From a virus (Duplodnaviria > Heunggongvirae > Uroviricota > Caudoviricetes), in the IMG/VR virus record IMGVR_UViG_3300042448_001193: a stretch of 64,000 nt of DNA; one strand, 5' to 3'. Each line of letters starts with the position of its first letter. The stretch's first letter is position 1. A program made the translations under genes and the position numbers. The notes under the pieces were generated by a model. The model saw nothing but the letters and a program-made list of their open reading frames with translations. It was not told where the DNA came from and made no database searches. Shown piece by piece: positions 18,326 through 26,702 of this stretch.

Positions 18326-18893
18326 CTGTTACGCCATATAAGATTTGCATCACATCCAGGATACAATCGTCCACTGGGTTGTGCTTTGTAATTTCAAGAA
18401 AGGAGTCCCACTTTGGATAGTCCACTTTCACATAGCCATTCTTGGTACCATACAGAAAATCTACCGCTGTACGGACATCTCGCCACCTGTAGTGTGGAAA
18501 GATATGCTCCAACTCGCATTGCTCTACGATATCATCCAGGACTAATTGATCCAGATTACCACGGGCCCATACCCAACTGTCCGGTTCATCAAAGGACCGG
18601 GCCCACTTGCACATCCTTTCATAGCCCTGTTCAAATGGTACATCAGCGGTGGATGGCTTGAAGGACTTGATCCGTACATTGTCACATTGTTTAGACCACC
18701 ATTCAATGGTGCTTTTGTCGCTCTCACGTTTCAGGCGTTGGATTTGATCCGATACACTGAATTTGGCAAAGAACGTATTTGCTCGGAGTGTCTCGGGCCT
18801 TGGCTTGGACTCAGGATCAAACCAGGTACAAGCCATTGATAGAATAACAGAATTGGATCGCTTACCTAGCGTCTCCACATCAAACATAAACAT
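18303..18893 (-). CDS. dexA: DEDD-family 3'-5' exonuclease, T4 DexA-like (MFMFDVETLG)
   Basis: N-terminal Exo I motif FDxET and resemblance to T4 DexA N-terminus. Confidence 0.55.
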   Translation of the reverse strand: MFMFDVETLGKRSNSVILSMACTWFDPESKPRPETLRANTFFAKFSVSDQIQRLKRESDKSTIEWWSKQCDNVRIKSFKPSTADVPFEQGYERMCKWARSFDEPDSWVWARGNLDQLVLDDIVEQCELEHIFPHYRWRDVRTAVDFLYGTKNGYVKVDYPKWDSFLEITKHNPVDDCILDVMQILYGVTGEEDVRR

Positions 18894-19192
18894 TATTTAC
18901 GTGCCCTTCCGCAGACAAATGCTGCTTTCAAATAATCAATAACAATCTGCTTGGTGCGTGGGTCATCACTGAAATGGCTCAGGAGCCACTCTGACCTCAT
19001 GCTGAATCCTTGCAGTTCATTGAACCAATCGTCAAACTCTGGATACTCATACCGTGTTAGGATATTGCACTGTGATAATGTAAGGTCACTATAATCTGAG
19101 TGGCATGTATCACACTCATAATAAAATAGGTTGTCGGTCAGTTTTATCTCAGCCTGACCATCGCCGCAAACGTCACACGTTACTGTTTTCAT
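18893..19192 (-). CDS. Zn-ribbon protein (CDVCGDG ... CDTCHSD)
   Basis: 99-aa ORF with two CxxC pairs. Confidence 0.45.
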   Translation of the reverse strand: MKTVTCDVCGDGQAEIKLTDNLFYYECDTCHSDYSDLTLSQCNILTRYEYPEFDDWFNELQGFSMRSEWLLSHFSDDPRTKQIVIDYLKAAFVCGRARK

Positions 19193-19625
19193 TGTATATT
19201 TCCACGTTGTTCAAAATTGGTTCTTTTATTGTCTTACTTAGATGCACGATTGTTTTGAATTCTTTGCACCATGGTATATCAGTCCGAATCACGTATGTCC
19301 ACAATCCGGCTTTGATTGATGTATCTATCATATGTTTCGTGCCGGTTGATGTGCCATTCCAAAATGCTATGCACTGTTCGGCATACTTAGACATTTCCAC
19401 ATTCCTCATGGGTCCTGCTTTGCGCCCATGTGTGTCCCAATCAGCCGGAAATAATTTCAGTTGCTTGCCATGCATTGTGGCCCAACGCTCACCAAGTGTA
19501 TCAGCACCGGCTGCATGACCGGATACTACCTCAGTGATTTCAACCCATGGTGGTATTGTACTCATGTATCCACTGAAATACTTCCAGTCTTCAAAACCAC
19601 GCCCACCACATATGATTGTCTTCAT
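19173..19625 (-). CDS. SLOG-like (DUF2493/DprA/LOG-like Rossmann) protein (ICGGRGFED ... GADTLGERWA ... NGTSTGTKHMI)
   Basis: Gly-rich phosphate-binding-like motifs typical of SLOG superfamily; motif-level only. Confidence 0.4.
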   Translation of the reverse strand: MKTIICGGRGFEDWKYFSGYMSTIPPWVEITEVVSGHAAGADTLGERWATMHGKQLKLFPADWDTHGRKAGPMRNVEMSKYAEQCIAFWNGTSTGTKHMIDTSIKAGLWTYVIRTDIPWCKEFKTIVHLSKTIKEPILNNVEIYNENSNV

Positions 19626-19816
19626 GAATAATCACCACTGTATTGTTTCCGTATATAATCAAAGACTCTCTTTTGGTCATACTCCCACACATCCGCAGGT
19701 GTCTTCATGTCCAATGCATAATTTGGTGTGTCCCACCACAGGTTGACCATCCGCTGGTTGCCAAGCAGAGGCAACAACAATGCATTGATCCTATCGACCT
19801 CATCATCAATTCTCAT
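19622..19816 (-). CDS. hypothetical protein (64 aa)
   Basis: ATGA overlap. Confidence 0.4.
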   Translation of the reverse strand: MRIDDEVDRINALLLPLLGNQRMVNLWWDTPNYALDMKTPADVWEYDQKRVFDYIRKQYSGDYS

Positions 19817-20091
19817 AATATTCTTTCATCTTGATATGAATAGCCCTTACCGAATACAATACCTAGGATGGTAATAGTTGTCTGTTGGTAGTAATCATAT
19901 TCAAATTCTTCATAGTCAAACAACCTATCACCTATCCCAATCAGGATGTACCAGTTTTCTTCATGTTCCCAGTACTTATCATTGTCGTGTGGATTGGGCG
20001 CGGCATACCACTTGATACGATAGTTCCAGTGCAATTCTTTTTCATGTAATTCAAATTGTTGTGTGTATTTCATGAGTCTATTATACTCCAA
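19813..20091 (-). CDS. hypothetical protein (92 aa)
   Basis: ORF. Confidence 0.45.
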   Translation of the reverse strand: MEYNRLMKYTQQFELHEKELHWNYRIKWYAAPNPHDNDKYWEHEENWYILIGIGDRLFDYEEFEYDYYQQTTITILGIVFGKGYSYQDERIL

Positions 20092-20095
20092 AGAA

Positions 20096-20119
20096 AATCC
20101 CGAGTCAAGCTCGGGATTG
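20096..20119 (-). terminator. rho-independent terminator (atcccgag-cttgac-tcgggat then TTTTCTTTGG on minus strand)
   Basis: perfect 8-bp GC-rich stem followed by T-run in minus orientation. Confidence 0.6.
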
Positions 20120-20143
20120 ATTGTTTACCTGGTGGTTAGGTTG

Positions 20144-20293
20144 TTATGGTTGTGCCGTGAGAATATTCGGAACCTCAGGAGGTTCCGGCAACTCATTGTA
20201 ATTACCATCTGGATAGTTAGACAACATAAATTCAATGTCGGCTGCGATCCTGTTGGTGACTTCACCATCTTCGTTTAGTATTTCATATATCAT
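20144..20293 (-). CDS. hypothetical small protein (49 aa, MIYEILNEDGEV...)
   Basis: manual ORF between Gly-rich gene and terminator. Confidence 0.3.
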   Translation of the reverse strand: MIYEILNEDGEVTNRIAADIEFMLSNYPDGNYNELPEPPEVPNILTAQP

Positions 20294-20305
20294 ATGTTTG
20301 CTCCG

Positions 20306-21094
20306 TTATGCAAGAAAATATTCAATGATTACACCACCAACACCACCAGCAACGGCGTAGCCTTGGTAGTTGGTGAAGCCTCCTCCACCAAATTTTCCTG
20401 CTGCGCCGCTATAACCGCCACCCGCAAATAGTCCAGCCTGCGCCGCAAAGCCATTGCCCGAGCCGCTCATGCCTCCCTGTCCAGGATGTGGAGTAATTTG
20501 ACGGCCATAATCTCCCCACCAGTAGTAATAAATTCCACCGAGAGGTTGCAGTAGTCTTCCACCAAGAAAGCCATCGGAAGTATGTTCTACACCCACAAGA
20601 GCACCAGTCACTGATGCTCCTGCATATTGGACGGACGATGCTGCGGGTGTCGTTCCATATACTCCAACAGCGCCTCCTCCAAAATAATCTCCATTTCCTG
20701 CGCTTCCACCTGTCACATTCATAATATTTCCGCCAGAGGCAGTGCCTCCAGCACCACCAGTGCCTGTGGAAATTGCACCACCGTTTGCTGTCAATGTTGT
20801 GATGCCTGAGCCTGATACCGTTGTAGTGCCACCAGCTGTGCCTGGATATCCGCCTGCGCCGCCTGCACCAACAGTCAGTGTCAGCACGACACCGGAAGAA
20901 AGGGATACAAGCGACTGTGCCAGTCCTCCACCACCACCTCCACGGTACGCACCGCCGCCGCCACCGCCACCGCCACCTCCGATTGCAGTGATCAAATACT
21001 TACCTGAGACTGGTGTAGTAAAGCTGCCGGAGGTATTTGTGCTGTATTGAATTGGCACTCCGCCAGCAGCAAAAAATTGACTCATCGTACTCAT
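20306..21094 (-). CDS. glycine-rich protein with poly-Gly runs (G10, G6) and G/T/A-rich low-complexity C-terminus
   Basis: 262-aa ORF; frame chosen over overlapping Pro-rich plus-strand alternative because it sits in the minus gene train with terminator. Confidence 0.5.
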   Translation of the reverse strand: MSTMSQFFAAGGVPIQYSTNTSGSFTTPVSGKYLITAIGGGGGGGGGGAYRGGGGGGLAQSLVSLSSGVVLTLTVGAGGAGGYPGTAGGTTTVSGSGITTLTANGGAISTGTGGAGGTASGGNIMNVTGGSAGNGDYFGGGAVGVYGTTPAASSVQYAGASVTGALVGVEHTSDGFLGGRLLQPLGGIYYYWWGDYGRQITPHPGQGGMSGSGNGFAAQAGLFAGGGYSGAAGKFGGGGFTNYQGYAVAGGVGGVIIEYFLA

Positions 21095-21104
21095 GTGTTA
21101 TTCC

Positions 21105-21437
21105 TTAATTAAAAACCCAGCCGCGTGTTGCATCGGCGTAAACAAGCTGTAACGGTACAAAGTTTGCGTCAAGTGTCATGTTCTCAGCCAATGACATAAT
21201 GTTGCTACCGTTTCTTGCGATAACGGCTGTGGTTGTACCGCTACTGTTTTGTATTTTCACCCAATCTCCTGCGGTGGGAGATGAGGGCAGAGTTAGTGTC
21301 AATGATGCGGTCAACACATACGTGCGGAAAGCCACGGCTGTAGTGTTTGTACCGATTACCTGTATAATTTCTCTAGCTGAAGTTCGTATTGTGTCATCAG
21401 GAAATTTAACGCCTGTTGCTACCAAATAAGTTGCCAT
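21105..21437 (-). CDS. hypothetical beta-rich protein (110 aa)
   Basis: ORF immediately upstream of Gly-rich gene. Confidence 0.5.
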   Translation of the reverse strand: MATYLVATGVKFPDDTIRTSAREIIQVIGTNTTAVAFRTYVLTASLTLTLPSSPTAGDWVKIQNSSGTTTAVIARNGSNIMSLAENMTLDANFVPLQLVYADATRGWVFN

Positions 21438-21463
21438 CTGTATATCCTCAATTGATCTTATAT

Positions 21464-21715
21464 TTATACAGACAAAACAGTGGGATCCAGCATTGTTATC
21501 ATGTTGATGAATTTAACGGCATCGTCCTCATCAATGAAATACCTCAAGAATGTCTGTCCTGTGTACTTGGACACAATGATTAATAAAACATCTGAATTTT
21601 TATGAACGGAGAATTTTATAATCCATCCGTTCTTTAGCGCAGGCTGGAAGTATGAGGTGTTACTTCTTATTTCCTGCAAAAGCAAGTTCCGTGCTCTCGA
21701 TGATTTTTCTTGCAT
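21464..21715 (-). CDS. hypothetical protein (83 aa)
   Basis: ORF. Confidence 0.4.
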   Translation of the reverse strand: MQEKSSRARNLLLQEIRSNTSYFQPALKNGWIIKFSVHKNSDVLLIIVSKYTGQTFLRYFIDEDDAVKFINMITMLDPTVLSV

Positions 21716-21872
21716 TCTTGGTAATTTCGTCCGCTACATTGGTTAGTCCATGTAAGTATGTAGCATATTCAGTACCTGCAAATTTCTTCAATGCATCGAT
21801 GCCTGAGTGTGTAGCAGTTGAATTGATTTGAATAGCAGTCAGTGCTAGTTCTTTGAATTTAGTATTGTCCAT
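21660..21872 (-). CDS. hypothetical protein (70 aa)
   Basis: ORF; overlaps previous in different frame. Confidence 0.35.
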   Translation of the reverse strand: MDNTKFKELALTAIQINSTATHSGIDALKKFAGTEYATYLHGLTNVADEITKNARKIIESTELAFAGNKK

Positions 21873-22046
21873 TTTGTATCCTTATTGTAAAGCGATTGGT
21901 GCTTTGCTGAATAGATGTTTTATCTCAGCGATTGTTGATAGAATTGTTTTTAGCATGTTATATGGTGTCCTCGTTAGTGAGCAACACCATACAATTATAT
22001 ATCAGAAAATGTTGTATTGCAACATGATTTTACTAGAGTACCGAGT

Positions 22047-22343
22047 CTAATCAATCTTATAGGCAGTACGTAGAATTTTCACTTGATCATTTGGTGCTAG
22101 ATATGCACGAACACGGAAGGTGCGAGTAGCACGGGCATGATCCTCAACCATAGTAAACTCTACCAGTTTGTTTTCTAACATGTATTCCAGCATTTCCATT
22201 AGTAAACGCTTTTTTATCTCTTCTTTGCCGCCAACAACATTGTTCATCATATCAATTGCATCCAACTCAGACACCATATATGAACCAACAACCATTTTGC
22301 CACCGATAGGATAGTCATGTGAAGTGAACGTTACATCATTCAT
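22047..22343 (-). CDS. hypothetical protein (98 aa)
   Basis: ORF. Confidence 0.45.
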   Translation of the reverse strand: MNDVTFTSHDYPIGGKMVVGSYMVSELDAIDMMNNVVGGKEEIKKRLLMEMLEYMLENKLVEFTMVEDHARATRTFRVRAYLAPNDQVKILRTAYKID

Positions 22344-22481
22344 CTTTGTTCTTTATGTTCATCATAATTGCAAGCGATAACATGAACCACCAGCCAGACC
22401 AGTCATGCACCGCAACAAGCCATGCTGTGCCTGCAACAATTGCAAAATTGTATATCAGTACGGCAACGCCGAGCATGGTCT
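22329..22481 (-). CDS. small membrane protein (50 aa, MSKTMLGVAVLIYNF...)
   Basis: manual ORF, two hydrophobic segments. Confidence 0.3.
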
Positions 22482-22484
22482 TAC

Positions 22485-22688
22485 TCATAGTTTTTTGACT
22501 TGTGCCCAACCAATATCAGTTGTTGGTCGTATCATGTGAATTGTGCCATCATCACACAATGCAAACAGCATTATCTGTCCTGTGCCGGTGGTTGATGTTG
22601 CGATTTGGATAGCTTTGCGATCCAACTCTTTTACTTTCTCTTGTTTAGCTTCAGTTGCCATTTTCTTCTTCCTTTGTTTTGAATGCAC
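22485..22688 (-). CDS. hypothetical protein (67 aa)
   Basis: ORF. Confidence 0.4.
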   Translation of the reverse strand: MHSKQRKKKMATEAKQEKVKELDRKAIQIATSTTGTGQIMLFALCDDGTIHMIRPTTDIGWAQVKKL

Positions 22689-22884
22689 GAATTATATCAT
22701 ACACGCCATCGGCGCTTTTGTCAATGTAAATTTCTGGTCCAAAGCCAGCATACTCAAACTTATGATCACCAACCAAATCAAAGGCATCAATCATAATTTC
22801 TGGTTCACCCATTACGGAGTGGTATTCAGCATCGTAAGAGTAATACAGGTCTTCAAGTTGGTGAATTAAATCAATCAACTTCAT
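22651..22884 (-). CDS. hypothetical acidic protein (77 aa)
   Basis: ORF. Confidence 0.4.
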   Translation of the reverse strand: MKLIDLIHQLEDLYYSYDAEYHSVMGEPEIMIDAFDLVGDHKFEYAGFGPEIYIDKSADGVYDIIRAFKTKEEENGN

Positions 22885-23174
22885 TTACCAAACTCTTTCA
22901 GTAAGTCCTCAACAATTTGCTTCTTGATGCCACCAATCATGCCATGATCATATGTGGTAAACGTTTTCTTTTTGCAAGACTCTTCAACCGATTGGATAAC
23001 TTCCTCAAGCATCCTATCATATAGGCCTTGAAGTTGTTCATCATACAGTGAGGACCAATCGATGTTATCTGGACCAGGACCATATGGTTCATTGTCCCAG
23101 AATGCAAAGCCTGCATCTCTAGCTAGTTCTTGAAGTTTTTTGTTTAATGTCATAGTGACTCCATTATAATACAA
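22881..23174 (-). CDS. divergent multicopy-family member (LNKKLQELARDAGF ... LLKEFGK)
   Basis: N- and C-terminal family motifs; central part differs. Confidence 0.4.
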   Translation of the reverse strand: MYYNGVTMTLNKKLQELARDAGFAFWDNEPYGPGPDNIDWSSLYDEQLQGLYDRMLEEVIQSVEESCKKKTFTTYDHGMIGGIKKQIVEDLLKEFGK

Positions 23175-23212
23175 AACAGAGCAGTTGTAAAGCTGCCCTG
23201 TTCATTTTTACC

Positions 23213-24211
23213 TTATGCCCAAACGTCATCCCATGTGCCAGACAAGGCACCTTTGGCATAGTCTGTGCTCCGATTCTCAAAGAAGTTGGTATGTGTAGGA
23301 GCATTGATCATTTCTTCCACCCATGGTAATGGATTCCTCTTGACCTTAAAGATACCTTTCATACCCAAACCAATCAGTCTACGGTCAGCAATGTAACGGA
23401 TGTATTTCTTCAATTCATCCTTGGTCAGACCTTCTCCCTCTGCGATACCGAAAGCCAAATCAATGAATCTATCTTCCAATTCTACCATTTTCTCAGCGAT
23501 GGTGTAGATGGAGCCTTTGAGTTCATCGTTCCAGATTTCTGGATTCTCACCGATGTATGTCTTGAACAATTTCATCATGTTCTCGGCATGCATCGTTTCA
23601 TCAACGATAGACCAGGTAACGATTTGACCCATGCCTTTCATCTTACCATGGCGTGGGAAGTTCAACAACATAATGAATGAGCTAAACAATTGCATACCTT
23701 CAGTGAATGCACTGAACACCGCAATGTGCCTTGCTGTGTTTTCTTTAGTGCCATTCTTGTTTGAGATATCTAGCACATAGTCATGCTTGTCCTTCATCTC
23801 CTGATACGATAGAAATTCATTGTAGGTTGTTTCAGGCAGACCAAGAGTTTCAATCAAGTGACTATATGCAGCCACATGCAATGCTTCCCGTGCTGCGAAG
23901 CCCAACAACATCATACGAACTTCTGGCTGTGGGAAGTATGGAAGATAGTTCTTCACATAACCACCAGCAACGTCAATGTCACCTTGTGTGAAGAATCTAA
24001 AGATGTTTGTCAGAAACTTCTTTTCATCATCAGTAAGTCTTTTCTTCCAGTCCTTGACGTCCTCCATCATCGGACATTCTGTATGCAACCAGTGACTCTG
24101 TTCGTGTTTCAACCATGCATCGTAGGCCCAAGGATAAGAAAATGGTTTGAACGAACTACGTTCATCAGTCAGTTTTGATTCTACATTTTTCTTTGTCATT
24201 CTTTTATCCAA
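23213..24211 (-). CDS. nrdB: ribonucleotide reductase class I beta subunit
   Basis: ferritin-like di-iron motifs (EALHVAAYSHLIETLG; MHAENM), 332 aa. Confidence 0.85.
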   Translation of the reverse strand: MDKRMTKKNVESKLTDERSSFKPFSYPWAYDAWLKHEQSHWLHTECPMMEDVKDWKKRLTDDEKKFLTNIFRFFTQGDIDVAGGYVKNYLPYFPQPEVRMMLLGFAAREALHVAAYSHLIETLGLPETTYNEFLSYQEMKDKHDYVLDISNKNGTKENTARHIAVFSAFTEGMQLFSSFIMLLNFPRHGKMKGMGQIVTWSIVDETMHAENMMKLFKTYIGENPEIWNDELKGSIYTIAEKMVELEDRFIDLAFGIAEGEGLTKDELKKYIRYIADRRLIGLGMKGIFKVKRNPLPWVEEMINAPTHTNFFENRSTDYAKGALSGTWDDVWA

Positions 24212-24441
24212 TTTTCTAATTTATCTTTTGTCACCAGGCCGACCATTCTACGAACTTCGATGTTTTCATCAAGCATGACCAGTGTAGGAACCGATCTGAT
24301 TCCATAATCAACAGCCAATTCAGACTGTTCATCAATATCAATGACTTCAATCGGTAGGTTGGTGTCAACACCATCTATCAATTTAGCCATAGCTTTGCAT
24401 GGTTGGCACCATGATGCGGTGAATCTCAATACTTTTCTCAT
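24196..24441 (-). CDS. thioredoxin (WCQPCK active site), about 81 aa after start adjustment
   Basis: CxxC motif in thioredoxin context; start 2 nt after nuclease stop. Confidence 0.7.
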   Translation of the reverse strand: MRKVLRFTASWCQPCKAMAKLIDGVDTNLPIEVIDIDEQSELAVDYGIRSVPTLVMLDENIEVRRMVGLVTKDKLENWIKE

Positions 24442-24442
24442 A

Positions 24443-24880
24443 TCAGCACCATGATGTTTTAGCTTCGCCGTAGTACTCACGGGCAAAACCATTTGTTATC
24501 AACATTTGACGCAGGCTCTTGCCGTCAAGCAAAATATCACCCAATACACGCCCACCATATTTGTCCCAACCCATCAATACAACTTGGCGTTTCTGTGCCC
24601 CATTGATTTGTGCCTTAGTGAATGCAGTTGCAGCTTGACCACGTGCATCTTCACTTGGGCACATTGCGCGATGACCCTTCTCAGGTGTATCAACACCAAA
24701 TACACGGACACTCAATTCCTTTTTCAGAGGCTCAGGCAACCAGTTAGCTTGAAACGCCACTGTGTCACCATCAATTACTCTGGTCAATACTGCATCATAT
24801 GCAACACCAGCTTTTTCTTTTTGTGCAAAACTTGCGATTGCGGTTAGTGCTATCATAGCACCGATTATTATTTTTTTCAT
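24443..24880 (-). CDS. secreted staphylococcal-nuclease (SNase/thermonuclease) domain protein with signal peptide
   Basis: MKKIIIGAMIALTAIASFA signal; TRVIDGDTVAF ... GVDTPE SNase motifs. Confidence 0.7.
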   Translation of the reverse strand: MKKIIIGAMIALTAIASFAQKEKAGVAYDAVLTRVIDGDTVAFQANWLPEPLKKELSVRVFGVDTPEKGHRAMCPSEDARGQAATAFTKAQINGAQKRQVVLMGWDKYGGRVLGDILLDGKSLRQMLITNGFAREYYGEAKTSWC

Positions 24881-24894
24881 TTTTATTCCTTTTG

Positions 24895-26688
24895 TTATTG
24901 GCAAGCTAGGCATTCATCACCACCAATGATTGCACTCAAGTCCAATTCTTTGATGATTTCACGCTCAATGCGCTTTGATACCTTATCCGCTTTAGCCAAC
25001 TTCTCACTGCGGCAATAGTACAAAGTCTTCAACCCACGTTTCCATGCTAGGAAATGGCAAGCATGGATATACTTGATGTGTGCATCTGGACGGAAGAATA
25101 GATTCAAACTCTGTGCTTGATCAATGTATGGCTGTCTATCTGCGGCGTGTTCAATGACCCAACGCTGATCAATCTCCATAGAAGTCTTGAACACTTCACG
25201 ATCATTTTCATTCATCCATGTTAGGTGTTGCACCGAGCCATCGTTGGCAATGATTGACGACCAAACTTCATCAGCCCAGCCATCTGTATGAGTCTCAGCT
25301 TCTTTCTGAATGATCTTGTCCAACCAACGATTCTTGTTCAGTGAAGAACCACTCAGTGTGTCTTGGCGATAAGCATTTGCGCGGTATGGTTCAATGGATG
25401 GTGATGTATTGCCCATGATGATGGACGATGATGCATTTGGTGCAATAGCCCACATGTGGCTGAATCTGCGGCCTGTGCCGACAGCATCAGGTGCCTCACC
25501 TCGCTCTTTACCCAACTCAAGATTAGCAACAGCGCCCTTTGTATGGATGTTCTTGAACATCTGGATGTTGTATGACTTAGCCATCACACCTTCAAATGCA
25601 ATTCCCTTTTTCTGCAAGAATGCATGGAAGCCCAGTGCACCGATACCAATGCTTCGCTCACGCATAGCAGAGAATTTAGCCCTTGCGATGGTGTCTGGTG
25701 CATTGTCGATGAAGTATTGCAAAACGTTGTCTAACATCTCTGCGATATCACGAATGAATAGTGGATCATCTTTCCATTCATCATAGTACTCCAGATTCAC
25801 GGAAGACAGGCAACACACCGCGGTGCGGTCTTTGTTTGTTGGAAGAATGATTTCAGAACACAGATTGGATTGTGCAATCTTCAAGCCCAAGTCTTTCTGA
25901 AACTGTGGCATTGCACGATTGCTTGTGTCAATGAAGTGGATGTATGGCTCACCTGTCAACATACGCATTTCAAGGACTTGTTGCCACAACTCTTTAGCTG
26001 ATACTGTATCACGAATGGTGTTATCATGTGGATCACGGAAGTGCCAACTATCATCAGCATTTGGATCCAACATAGCCTGCTCAACCAATTGCATGAAGTC
26101 ATCGGTGATATTGATACCGTGATGCAAGTTCAAGGCCCGCATATTTGGATCACCAGTTGGCTTCCTCATATCCAAAAATAGAGGAATATCTGGATGGCTA
26201 ATATCAAGATAAGCGGCATAAGAACCGCGGCGAGTACGGCCCTGCCTATAGGCGAGGCTTGATGCATCATAAGTCCTAAGATGAGGCATGATGCCAGTAG
26301 ACTTGTCATCAGCAGAACGAATAGCGAATCCAATTCCAATACCTCCGCCGAGCATACTCAGCCAGTTTACCTCCGAGAGACAATCCACCAAACCTTCTGC
26401 ACTATCGTGGAGATATGGTAGAAAGCAAGAAATAGGTAGGCCCCGGCTGCTACGACCAAAAGAAAGGATAGGTGTAGAATAGCTGAGCCAATGCTTAGAA
26501 GAATATTCATACAACCTCTGAGCATGTGCTTGATTAGATCCAAAAGTTTTGCTGACAAACGCGAATCTCTCCTGTGGTGATTGTTCCTCATCTTTCATGT
26601 AGCTTTCTTTAAGGCGCTTCCTACCTAAATCATCGAATAGATTATCCCGAGAATAATCCACTCTAATATCGTGAACGATACTTTCCAT
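24895..26688 (-). CDS. nrdA: ribonucleotide reductase class I alpha subunit (short form without N-terminal ATP cone)
   Basis: SNLCSEI active-site motif; 597 aa. Confidence 0.8.
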   Translation of the reverse strand: MESIVHDIRVDYSRDNLFDDLGRKRLKESYMKDEEQSPQERFAFVSKTFGSNQAHAQRLYEYSSKHWLSYSTPILSFGRSSRGLPISCFLPYLHDSAEGLVDCLSEVNWLSMLGGGIGIGFAIRSADDKSTGIMPHLRTYDASSLAYRQGRTRRGSYAAYLDISHPDIPLFLDMRKPTGDPNMRALNLHHGINITDDFMQLVEQAMLDPNADDSWHFRDPHDNTIRDTVSAKELWQQVLEMRMLTGEPYIHFIDTSNRAMPQFQKDLGLKIAQSNLCSEIILPTNKDRTAVCCLSSVNLEYYDEWKDDPLFIRDIAEMLDNVLQYFIDNAPDTIARAKFSAMRERSIGIGALGFHAFLQKKGIAFEGVMAKSYNIQMFKNIHTKGAVANLELGKERGEAPDAVGTGRRFSHMWAIAPNASSSIIMGNTSPSIEPYRANAYRQDTLSGSSLNKNRWLDKIIQKEAETHTDGWADEVWSSIIANDGSVQHLTWMNENDREVFKTSMEIDQRWVIEHAADRQPYIDQAQSLNLFFRPDAHIKYIHACHFLAWKRGLKTLYYCRSEKLAKADKVSKRIEREIIKELDLSAIIGGDECLACQ

Positions 26689-26702
26689 CTTGTCTCCTGT
26701 TA

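Noticed and set aside
20627-21050. Plus-strand Pro-rich ORF 20742..21050 (PPPPPRYAPPPPPPPPPP) and 20627..20809 opposite the Gly-rich gene
   Set aside because: These are complement-frame artefacts of the GGN-rich minus-strand gene. The minus frame fits the surrounding gene orientation and terminator.
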